From Amoebophrya sp. A120 (lineage: Eukaryota; Protista; Dinoflagellata), in the NCBI GenBank assembly GCA_905178155.1, contig CAJINV010000014.1, positions 2,203,923-2,267,922 of the forward strand: a stretch of DNA of 64,000 bases, read 5' to 3'. The notes under the pieces are model-generated. The model searched no databases and was not told the DNA's origin. It was given only the letters and a program-made list of their open reading frames with translations. The translations under genes were made by a program, and so were the position numbers. This document shows positions 35,014-46,135 of the stretch, one piece after another. Position 1 is the stretch's first letter. Each line of letters begins with the position of its first letter.

Positions 35014-35404
35014 GCGAAGCCTCGAAACGCCGGAGGAAGCAGCGAAGCCTCGAAGCAGCGAAGCTTCGAAGCAGCGCAGCCGCGAAGCAGCGCAGCCCCG
35101 AAGCCTCGAAGCAGCGAAGCCTCGAAGCAGCGACGCCTCGAAGCAGCGAAGCAAGCCACGAAGCCTCGAGGCAGCGAAGCCTCGAAGCAAGCCGCGAAGC
35201 CTCGAAGCAGCGAAGCCTCGAAGCAGCGAAGCTTCGAAGCAGCGAAGCCTCGAAGCAGCGAAACCTCGAAGCCTCGAAGCAGCGAAGCCTCGAAGCAGCG
35301 AAGCCTCAAAGCAGCGAAGCCTCGAAGCAGCGAAGCCTCGAAACAGCGAAGCCTCGAAGCAGCGAAACCTCGAAGCAGCGAAGCCTCGAAGCAGCGAAGC
35401 CTCA
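35014..35404. repeat. 8/16-bp minisatellite (cgaagcct / cgaagcag)
   Basis: Read directly. Confidence 0.95.
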
Positions 35405-36560
35405 GGTTTGTCGCTGCGCCGGACCGGAGCGACAAGTCCAGGAGTCCCCGGACCCGTCATTTTGTCGTTGCGCCGGACCGGAGCGACACAACCAGGGGTC
35501 CCCGGACCCGTCATTTTGTCGTTGCGCCGGACCGGAGCGACACAACCAGGGGTCCCCGGACCCGTCATTTTGTCGTTGCGCCGGACCGGAGCGACACAAC
35601 CAGGGGTCCCCGGACCCGTCATTTTGTCGTTGCGCCGGACCGGAGCGACACAACCAGGGGTCCCCGGACCCGTCATTTTGTCGTTGCGCCGGACCGGAAC
35701 GACAAATCCAGGGGTCCCCGGACCCGCCATTTTGTCGTTGCGCCGGACCGGAGCGACAAATCCAGGGGTCCCCGGACCCGTCATTTTGTCGTTGCGCCGG
35801 ACCGGAGCGACAAATCCAGGGGTCCCCGGACCCGCCATTTTGTCGTTGCGCCGGACCGGAGCGACAAATCCAGGGGTCCCCGGACCCGCCATTTTGTCGT
35901 TGCGCCGGACCGGAGCGACAAAATCAGGGGTCCCCGGACCCGCCATTTTGTCGTTGCGCCGGTCATTTTGTCGTTGCGCCGGACCGGAGCGACAAATCCA
36001 GGGGTCCCCGGACCCGTCATTTTGTCGTTGCGCCGGACCGGAGCAACAAATCCAGAGGTCCCCGGACCCGCCATTTTGTCGTTGCGCCGGACCGGAGCGA
36101 CAAATCCAGGGGTCCCCGGACCCGTCATTTTGTCGTTGCGCCGGGGCGGAGCGACAAAATCAGGAGTCCCCGGACCCGTCATTTTGTCGTTGCGCCGGAC
36201 CGGGGCGACAAAATCAGGAGTCCCCAGACCCGTCATTTTGTCGTTGCGCCGGACCGGAGCGACAAAATCAGGAGCCCCCGGACCCGCCAATTTGTCGCTG
36301 CGCCGGACCGGAGCGACAAAATCGAGGGTCCCCGGACCCGCCAATTTGTCGCTGCGCCGGACCGGAACGACAAATCCCGGGGTCCCCGGACCCGCGAATT
36401 TGTCGCTGCGCCGGACCGGAGCGACAAATCCCGGGGTCCCCGGACCCGCGAATTTGTCGCTGCGCCGGACCGGAACGACCAATTCGGGGGTCCCCGGACC
36501 CGCGAATTTGTCGCTGCGCCGGACCGAAGCGACAAATTCAGGGGTCCCCAGACCCGCGAA
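35405..36560. repeat. 54-bp minisatellite, ~21 copies with graded divergence
   Basis: Unit approximately tttgtcgttgcgccggaccggagcgacaaatccaggggtccccggacccgtcat; 18-aa periodicity in the ORF track. Confidence 0.95.
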
Positions 36561-36561
36561 G

Positions 36562-36657
36562 TCCGGTGCCGGACCATGGCCGCCGAGCCGGTGCCGGACC
36601 ATCGCCGCCAAGCCGGTGCCGGACCATGGCCGCCAAGCCGGTGCCGGACCATGGCCG
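36562..36657. repeat. ~23-bp GC-rich tandem repeat (gccggtgccggaccatggccgcca-type), ~4 copies
   Basis: Read directly. Confidence 0.85.
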
Positions 36658-38690
36658 GGCCCGCCGCCCGGCGCCAGAACGCGGCCCCGCCGGTGCCAGC
36701 ACGCAAGATGGCGGCAAAGGCCAACCTGCCAGCCGCGCCGGTGCCGGATCGTGGCCAAGCCAGTCTGGCGCTTTCAAAATCGCAGGCGGATGGGCCTGCC
36801 TGTGCTGAAGCGCCGGAACCGATTTTCCACAGATGGACGCTGAGTCTGTGCTACTATTCATCTAGCGGAATACTATTAAGTCTGCAGGTTACTGGACACG
36901 GGAAGCGGGATAAGGCTAGTTATTGCTACTGCTAGTGCTATATCTTTAAAAAACTCCTCAGGCGCCTGCCGAGTCGACCTAGTGCTAGTAATATCAAACG
37001 ACCACGTCCGTGCGTGCCTATTCAGACTATGCACCACGCAGGGACCGGCGAGGTCCGGGAGCAGCCCGAAAGAACGGCATGTAGGCATGTACATTTACAG
37101 GTGAGTGAAAATGGCAGCTGCACCTGCAGTACAGTTCAAGAACATCAACCGCATAGATATGATGCACTTGAGAAAATCTTGGTAATGGGCCCCCGGGTAG
37201 GACGCGAGATAGTATCAGTGGTAAGACATGCTGACGAAAAGGAAATAAAAACAAAACAGGTATATAAATATTGTAGCGCAATCCAGAGCTTGCAAATGAG
37301 TTAGAGTTAGTATTAAAGTCAATCGATTGAAAAAAAAAAAAACGAAGAAAAAGCTACAAGACCTTCTTGGGTGAGCAGGTGGGGGGAGTAGTGCAGCAAA
37401 CGGGTAGGCGAAAGGGGATGAAGAGGAAGAGGTAGAGATTTACGCTAGATGTGGATACGGCACTTCGAAGGGGGCGTGCAATTGATTTCCAATAGTTAGG
37501 GCTAGGGGGGGCACCTGCGCATGCGTTGAGTTGTCCTTGTCTTCGTCTGAGATGAGGTTGCGTCTACTTGACCACCAGCTGTGATCGTAAGCGTGTGAAG
37601 CTCCACCTCCCAACAGTGTCAGTGGTGAATCAGAACCACGTAGAAGTTCATCATCATTGCGGAGATGGTGGGCGACTGCTCCTTAGTTACCTCACAAAAA
37701 CACTCACGCTTTCGCTTGTTTCCCACAAACAAAATATTTTCTCTCGCCTTTAAGTCTTGCGTAACTACACTCAGGTAACTCCACAGTTGCAAATGCTTTT
37801 GTGCCCTCCGAGGGCATCTGTACTCGAATTCATCGATAAAATAAAATCATCACGACAACAGCGACCGTGCAAGGAAAATTCCTCGTCGTGGTTTAAGAGT
37901 AAAAGATCAACAGGCTCAGGTTCTCACCAGCGACTTTTCCTTTTGTTTCATTTGTAGTTTCGCTCATCTCGCTGCTCACTTTGGGATCATGATTAGTGTA
38001 CTGCTCTCGTCGCTGCAGATGCAGTCTGCTCTCGTGATTGCTCATACATATTTTGGTCGAGTTCAAGACTTGGAACACCTTGCTTTCTAGTTTCATTATT
38101 ACCTTAACCTTTATCATCCCTCAGACGAGAAGGAGAAACAACAAAAAGTAGAGTGGTGCTAACGTGTCATTATTTCCGCTTACAGGGATAGCAACGAGCT
38201 GCTCTTGGCTAACATGTCCGAAATTATCTGCCTACATCTCGATTCAAGCGACATCATACAGGAAACTTTTTTTCGGAATGGATAGTGATTACAGCATTGC
38301 ACATTATTATAGATGGTCGCGCAATAAGAATCATATTAATTTACAATGTTTAATTTCTCAAAAGCCCATGGCTGGCTTGCTACAATCATAGACTCCAACA
38401 TTCTGAGTAAGAGAGAGAGTCAAGAATCTACAACAAATTAATTTGCTTTTGCATCGAATGCGACAGCGAGGATAATAGCTAGAAAACTCTCGTTTGCACT
38501 GCAACATTCTTAATCTGGGATTTTCTTTTTTTTTTGTACAGAAATCAATTTCACAAAAGTAAGTAGTGTACGTGCGTCAGCGAGATAGAGCCTCTACTAC
38601 AACTTCAATACAAGTAAAATCGGTACAACTGTGCTGCGAGATAGTGATAAGGTACTGCTTCGTTCCAACAACATCTTCCTCGTGCTCGCT

Positions 38691-41403
38691 TTATGGATCG
38701 ATCCCAAACCCGCCTTGACTTTCGTCGACCGCGGCTCCTTCGTGGTCCGAGCTGGGCGCCTCTTCATCTGACATCACCGCGCCCTGCTGTTGCTGCACCG
38801 TGATGGCACTGCTTCCGTGGTTCACCGAGCTGGAGCTCGCAGACGTGCGAGCCGCCGCCGATGCACTGTTTCTGCTCCCACCCGTGGATCGTCCCGAAGT
38901 AGAACTAGTACTTCCATTCGAGCCGCGGCTGCAGTAACCGGCAAAAACCGCATAGACGCCCATCAGTGCGAGGACCACGAGAAACACGAACAGTCCGATG
39001 GTCGCGGCGCCGGTGTCCAGGGTGAATTTGCTCGCGGTTTCGTCTCCTCCGGCTATGGTGGTACTGGTTCCCGCGTCGCCGTTCGCCAACTCCTCTCCGG
39101 CTTGGATTGGCTTCATCTGTTCTTGCTTTTTCTTCTCCACTTCGTACACTTCCTTTGCTTCGTATGCAATGCAACATCACTTCTGCACGGCAGAGAGGAC
39201 ACGTAAGTACAAAATAATGCATCGCAGAGACGAGAATAGTCTCGTCGTTGTCATGCAGAGACTGTTCCATTTTGATCTTTGGTACCTGGTGTACGTCTCC
39301 TCCAGCGCAGGATTTTTTTCACTGTGGATACCTCATTCAGCTGTTTCAAAGTGCACTTTTCCGGCTTGTTTTCCTGGTCTGCGGAGAGGTTAAGAACCCC
39401 ATCGGCAAACTCGGAGACACTCGGGTCGTCGGCCGCAACGATGCTGTTTTATTTGGTGAAGATGTGTGACTGCTTATATATACGCTTTTCTTGTTTTTTT
39501 TTCCCGGAATTTATTTGCTCCTGGTAGTAGAACTACACGACCATAGCATAATCGAGAAAATCTGGTTCTGGCATCTATCTTCCAGTAGCAACGAACAATG
39601 AAGTACTCTTCAACTACATCAAAAAACCAACATCGATACAGACTGAAGCCATCGGAGTCCCAGAATTTCTTGGTGAGACACTTCTGTCCCGAGGCCAGCA
39701 TGGCCCAGCCGACGCCGTTTTTGACCTTGACGCGGTCTATGGAAGTGTCAGAAACGAAATATGGCAAAATCGAAAAATTTGCGATGCACAAAATCGAATC
39801 CAGTTAGAGCCTCAGTCTCCAAGCGCCGCATGACAAATTTCGAGAGCACCCAGATCCAGTCTGTCATGCTGTTTGGGCAAAGAAGACTGCTCCTGTCGTG
39901 TTACTCTGGCAGCGCATTGCATTGCCCTAAACAGGCTTGCGATCGGTCTCATTTGCCTGCTCCCCAATACAGGCCCTACGTTCCCTACATTTTACGCAAC
40001 ACAAGTTTTTCGATTTTGTCGATTTAGGTTCTGACGCTTCCATACGGTCCGTGTTCACCGTGTCCGCCTCCACCTGCTGCTGCTCCCCGAGCGGCACCGG
40101 GCCGGGACCGCTTCCCGTATGAATTGCGAAAATATCGTGGCACTCGTATAAATGCATTACAAATTTTCTCAGCATAAGAAATGAAATTTGTGATGCGGAT
40201 TTACCTTGAGTAATGCATGATTGCTATACGAGCGCGATACTTTTGCACGGGATATCCCGCCCGGGCCGGCAGCTGCTGTTTCAGTGGCGGCGCCGTGTTC
40301 ACCACCGGCTTCGGCATCACCACCCCCGCGTTCGCGACTGCCTGCGCCTTCGGAACCGGCGTCGTGGTTTCCGGTTTCGGGGGCGTGGGGGTCATCTTGC
40401 CGACGGGCGCAGGTGGCAGACGAACCGCGGTGGGCGGAGGCCCGGCGGCGACCGCAGCGGTAACCCGCTCTTTTTGTTGCAGAAACGCGGTTCCGGTCTC
40501 GTCCGTAGAAGAAGTCGTCTCCACGACCGGTCTTGGCGCAATAGAGCGAGATGAAGTTCTTGTCCTCGAAGGTTGTTCTTTCGCGCTTTCTGCACTAGCG
40601 TCTTTGTTGTCAAACCCGAAGCCGATTTGGATCTTTTCCGCAAGCTGGATCAAGGTCGAGGCCAGCGAAGAATTGTTGTTTTCGGTGTCCTCGTCAAAGC
40701 CGGTCTGCAAAAACGCGGAAAACGCGTTTCGCTCGCCCACCCGGTTTCCCTCCACCTGCTCGTCCCCTGCCGAAAATGTGCCGTCGTTGTTTCGTCCCCC
40801 AGCTCCTGCTCCCGTATTAAAAGAAGCGCTTGTAGTACCACTTCCCGGTGGTCCATTTGCGGAGAGAAATAGCGCTGAGGAAGAGGAGGCTGCTTTGATG
40901 TCACTTTCGTGCTGCAGCCCGCTGCCCGAAGAACTCAAGCTGCGGGCCGAGGATGCGCCTTCAGTGGTGCCGCCTGCGCCGTTCGTTGTTTCAAAGGCCT
41001 GCCGCTCCGCAGCGAGTTCTTCGAAGTGCTGGCCACCGCCATTGGCGTTCGAAGAACCGGAGGACTCGAGGGAGGTTCTGTGGTTCGTTGATTGTGGCGG
41101 CGTCCGCTTCAACATCGCGAGAAACAAAACAAAGACAAAAACATTTTTTGGACGTGCATAACAAACTTGACTAGTCGCGGCCAAAGGTAGTTCCGCTACA
41201 GCTAGTCTTACAAACAACAAACAAAAACACAACGATGAACATCGTCGTCTGTCCCGTGCTCCGCTGCAAGAGCATCCATTTCCATTAGTACCTGCTGTGT
41301 CGATTGGTTTTCCCGCGAAACCTCGGGTAAGCAAACGCCTGCTGCAGCAGCTGGTGTTGTAGTCCCGGAGCAAAGCCACCAGTGCTCGCCGCGAACGCGG
41401 CAA
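38691..41403 (-). CDS. Probable single-pass membrane protein, multi-exon
   Basis: Introner removal joins PARAG|SGPGPV and NTDR|VKVKNG. P/T/S-rich stalk; C-terminal hydrophobic helix IGLFVFLVVLALMGVYAVFAGY. Start codon and junctions in 39150-39640 uncertain. Confidence 0.7.
39738..40044 (-). mobile_element. Introner family 2 (307 bp)
   Basis: tatggaagtgtcagaa ... ttctgacgcttccata; perfect DR CGGTC; removal restores the frame. Confidence 0.92.
40118..40254 (-). mobile_element. Introner family 1 (137 bp)
   Basis: tatgaattgcgaaaatatcg ... cgatacttttgcacgggata; perfect DR TCCCG; removal restores the frame. Confidence 0.92.
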
Positions 41404-43604
41404 AAAGTGCTGATTTCGTGCTGGTCCTCGTGCGGGGCATCATCTTGTACTTTCCGCTCCTACTTACGGTAACGGCTGGTGTTACTCTACGGAGAGTGGA
41501 TTTTGATGAAGCAGTAGCACATTGGTAAAAAGACATCTTCATCTTCTGCCTGGATGTAGTACCCCTTGCAGTTCTGCTTCGTCGTCGGTCCAGCAGTTGA
41601 GCAGGAGGAGAAGCAGGCGTGGACGAGGAACTCGATGTTGTTGTAGTTTTTGTCTCTAAGATCTTGCACACCGGCAAGGCGCCTTGAAACGATGGTGGTA
41701 AAACCTCCGAGCAAGGTGAAGCTGACATTTTGATATGCCTCTCAACACCACGCAGCTATTTGATGTTCCTGAAACTTCGACACTGGTGACTTGTTCGAAG
41801 ACGGAAGACCACAATCTCGTCAGAGTCCGCGGGCGCGGCGTACTTGGAAAATATTATATCTTTTTTTCACTTACTAGCACAAGAACCTCTTCCTTCACTA
41901 CACCTGCTCCTGCGGTGTCTAGTGCTGTGTGGTACGTTAAGGTTACGTTGAGATCAAGATGGAACAAAGCCTCTGCTGGATGCAAGAACTACTGATCGAG
42001 CTGCTGGACTTCGAGCAACAAGCTCCAGTCAACACGGCCAACATACAGACAGAGTAAAGATCGATTCGATGTCTCATCAATCTCAATCTCTCTGGTTTCG
42101 GGTCTTCTCTCTACGAAAAAGGAAACGACAAGACTACACCTTGGCTGTAGAACCAAGACCCTTGCGATCTTCACGAGAAACGGACATATTCCCGGCGACG
42201 ATTTAGATTTTTCAGAGCGTACGACTTGGACTTCAGACGATGCACAACAATTGTTCAGAATTGTTCAGGAGTCTAGGCACCATTGATAATATCACGGAAA
42301 AAACCGAATCTGTACGTAGAGAATTGATGTCTTCTTAAATGCAGGAGGCGCGGGGTCAGCCAGCCAGCACCGCACGCTAGGAACAAACGCGAGATGATAG
42401 CCGCGCTCATGTTCATCTCGTCCAGCAAAAATTGCGCAGCTTGCTTTCAACAGCGCAAGCATTTCTAGATGGTTTTTTTGAGGGGGATGAATGACATACT
42501 TCCGTAAAAAGGGGCTTTCTACTCAGAGCCTCTGAGGTCCGCGACCAAAGAGGTGTCAAGAAGACAGGAGAGTCATTCGCCCTCTGTTTCGATAGATTTT
42601 TCTTCTTTTCGCAAACATAAGTAGAAAAAAGGTTTTTGGAGCTGCTGCTTTCCATTTCGCTTTCCACTTGCACCAATGGACTGACATGATAAATGAAGTA
42701 GGGTCTGTGTCAATATGTGAATAAAATGTAGTAAACTACCTACCAGGTTCAGCCGCACTTGCTCGATGTTCGACGCAGATAAACTAGAAGTTTGCGTTAA
42801 CGCGGACTTGTCACTAGTTTATGCCAGTGAAAATGTGCAGATCTATGTGATGGTCGCTGACAAAGAGAATCATAGCTGTCGCATCCATGTTGAAAATATT
42901 GAGGTAGGTACTTACTAGTCGCAAAATTTCATGAAAGTGAAGCTGACATGGATTGTACAAGGGCTACTAAATTTTCATCACGAATAACACAATACCACAA
43001 CGAACTATGGTGAATATATGCTCAAACTGCGGGGTTTGTCGCGACATATCCTGAAGAATCAATGTCAATGGGGCGGGCCTAGCAAAAACGAAGTTCGTGA
43101 GCTCGATGCACTTCTTTGCGAAAAAAAGATGCTGTCAATATGGTAAAAAGAGAAGCCTCCGGTGTTCCTGGTTGCAGCCGTTTTTGCAGATGTTCTTGAA
43201 GCGTTGTTTTCAAATGAAGCCATTCGTTGTTGTTGTTCATCACGAATAAAAATGAGAAGAATACGACTAGCGTGCGTTGAGCTCGTTTAGAACGATCTCC
43301 CACGCAGCATAGACCGATTGACATACTTGTTAGAAGTAAGCAGAAGCACGAAAATGATCATGGCACTGAAAGACGAGACATGGAAGTGTATTATAGTTAA
43401 TGAGGAGGTTTTTGTTTTTTAGGGTCATCAATTATACAAGCGCCGGCGGTTTGCTCCATCTTTCTCGCCGTTCCAAAATCGTCTGCGAAACTGTTCGCAA
43501 GATTAGTGAAAGACTCCGGGATGTTGAAGTGTCTCAGCCGCGCGTCGTTTAGCTTATGTTGATGAAAAAAACGTCAAAGCTTCCGAAGCCGAAGAGTTGT
43601 TCTT

Positions 43605-44768
43605 TTACAAATCAGCGTCAGCCGGCGCGGCTTCGGCTTCCGGAGCGGCAGCTTCGGGAGCGGCAGCCTCCGCCTCGGCCTCGCCTTCGGCCGGCGCGGC
43701 GGCGTCCTCGGAGACAACCTCCGGAACGCCGGACTCCAGCTCCTCGGAGACGGTAGCCTCGTCCTCCTCATCCATGGCGGCGGCGGCCTCGTCGTCCATC
43801 TCCGCCAGCGGGTCTTCCTCGGGCATCTCGCCTTCCTCGCCGCCCATCTCGCCCTGGAGCTGCGACATCATGTCCGCCGGAAAAACTTCCTGGAAGATCT
43901 CGGTCAGAGTCTCCGGGGGAAGAGTGGCAAGAACCTTGTCCAGCTTCTCCTCGGCACCCTCAACCTGCTCGCCGGCCAACTGTATAAGTAGGAATTCATT
44001 CAGTATAACGAAAGTAGAAGATGAGCTTGACCAGTAGAGTGGCTATAATTTCCATGCAGCCATGCAGCTGGTGGGGAACTACTTCGCTCTCCGTCAATTA
44101 TTAGTTTTTTACCTTAGTAGAAAAGCCTGAAATCTATATACCAGTCTCTTCAGGAGATCCTTGATTTCGGTGAGTTCTTCGGCAGAGGGCGGTGCTGGCT
44201 CGCTATCCATGTCATCCAGTTCCTCATCCTCGGACTTCTCTACTGCGGCCTTGGGTTCCTCCTCCTTTTCCTGAGTAGTTGCGGCAGCTTCAGCCTGTTC
44301 CTCAGAAGTAGCGACTTCAGCCTGTTCAGCATCCTGAGGGGTGGTTGTCGTGGTTTCGGTCGATGTTTCGGCCGCCACAGCCTCCTTCAACTCCGCATCA
44401 ACCTCAGTGCGCAGGGCCGCGTCGACGTCTGGTGTTTTTTTGGCATGCGAAATTGCATCGGTAGATCATGCTTTCTGTAGCCATGCGATCCTGCAGTGCG
44501 AGTGCTGCTCCTCTTTATCTTGCAAGACATCAAAAGCAAAAGCAGGAAAATAAGTTTTCTGAATAATCAACTCAACTACAATTTGTTGCAACAACATGCT
44601 GGTCGTGCGCAACGCAGCATATTAACAGCTGATTTCATCTGTGATGAAGAGAGAAGCAGCATTATTATAGTACTTACCCGTGGCGGCAGGAGTGCTGATC
44701 TCAGCCCGGACGAAAGTGGCGAGGACAGCGGCGGAAGCGCCGACAGCAAACTTGGAGAAGGCAACCAT
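43605..44768 (-). CDS. Secreted highly acidic Ala/Glu-rich protein, about 3 exons
   Basis: Signal peptide MVAFSKFAVGASAAVLATFVRA, then a gtaag donor; exons at ~44140-44435 and 43605-43981; GC-ending codon bias in the last exon. Confidence 0.75.
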
Positions 44769-46135
44769 TTTGTTTGGTGTTGGGTTTTTAGAGATGAAAA
44801 TACGATGAAATCGAGTCGTTGAACAAACTTGTTGAAAAGGTTCTTGGATAAATCCAGGCTTCAAATCACGGAGCAAAAACTACTTTGAAGAACAGAAGGC
44901 TGTCGTTAGTATTTTCGTTTGGTTTTATTCGGTTCGTTGGTCAAAACAAGTTAGTATCGCGGTGTAAATGGGTTTAATTTCAAAGAACGATCAAGTCGTG
45001 TGTGCGATTCGTTAACAAGTTGTGGACAGGTTGTCGTCAAAAGTAGAGTGGCTGGTCATTTACGATAATTTTAATTTGTTCCTATGATCATGATCGTTCT
45101 ACAATAATTTTCTCGTACGTGGCAGTGCAGGATCGGTGTATGCGAGAGTAAGGATTTTTCAGTCGTGGAACAGAACCTTCTTCTTCTTCTCTTCGCGTTT
45201 CCATTTTCACAACCCTCTCTTACTTTACTATCACGAGCAGCCGACAGCAGGTGCGCCACTAATTGTTGACGTGGTCTCACCGAGAAATATAATTTTAATT
45301 GCAATTCTTCTACTAACCGAGGTTTATCCTCTTCGACTTCATGCATGCACGTGACCGACAGTAATCTACTTTTGGAAAAGCCGAGACAGCAATTACTATC
45401 ACAGTAGAACTGGTACAACCGACAAGTTAGCAACACTTCTTGCACCGACGATACTCGGTCATACGTTCGGTCCCCGAGGAGCTGAAAACAATTGTTGCAC
45501 CCTACTGGTATGATCAAGAACTTCACGATTTTTTCGTAATACACATCATCAGAAGACACGACAGTAGAGACGAGACACAGGGCGAGACCACGTGTTGAGT
45601 TGCTGTTTTAGACTGGTGCTGGACCACGATAGAAGTGGGACTCTGCAACAATAATTAGGATTTTTGCTTTCTTTAAATTAGTGGTTCGTCCACTATGTTT
45701 AAACCTTGCAGTTTCAAGTGCAGCTTGAACATTCTTGTCACACGGTTTACACCAGTAAAATCCCATCTATAATGTTGTAGAAGAGAGCTCGCTTCACATG
45801 AAAATATCCATACACGATCGGAAAAAAGAACATACAAGAACTCTCAGAAGTGTAGTACTTACATGGCTCTACTTACAAATCAACCACTCAGCCACAGGTC
45901 GCGAAGAACGATCAACTTCAAGAAGATGAAAAAAAAACGCGGCAACCAGACGAGTGCAAGGACACACAAATCTTTAACAGCGCATCCTCTCCTGTATGTA
46001 GGTGGAGGGAGGACGAAGAGCTGTGTTGAGCATGATCCTCTTGTATTTTAATCCAGAACATCAAACCTGCTGAAGAAAAGAAACGCCAGCCTCAGGTGCG
46101 GCTTGATTCCAAAGCGACGCGTCTCGAAGAAGACT

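Larger units (their letters stand above)
34776..36875. mobile_element. Non-autonomous element with TAG...CTA termini flanked by TTAA, filled with tandem repeats
   Basis: TTAA|tagtatcccgc ... gcggaatacta|TTAA (11-bp IR, one mismatch) closely brackets the satellite blocks. Confidence 0.6.

Noticed and set aside
35405-36560. CRISPR-like array, or long repeat-protein ORFs (392-646 aa) on both strands
   Set aside because: Units are contiguous near-identical 54-mers without unique spacers, and no cas genes are present. The ORFs arise because a GC-rich unit divisible by three lacks stops.
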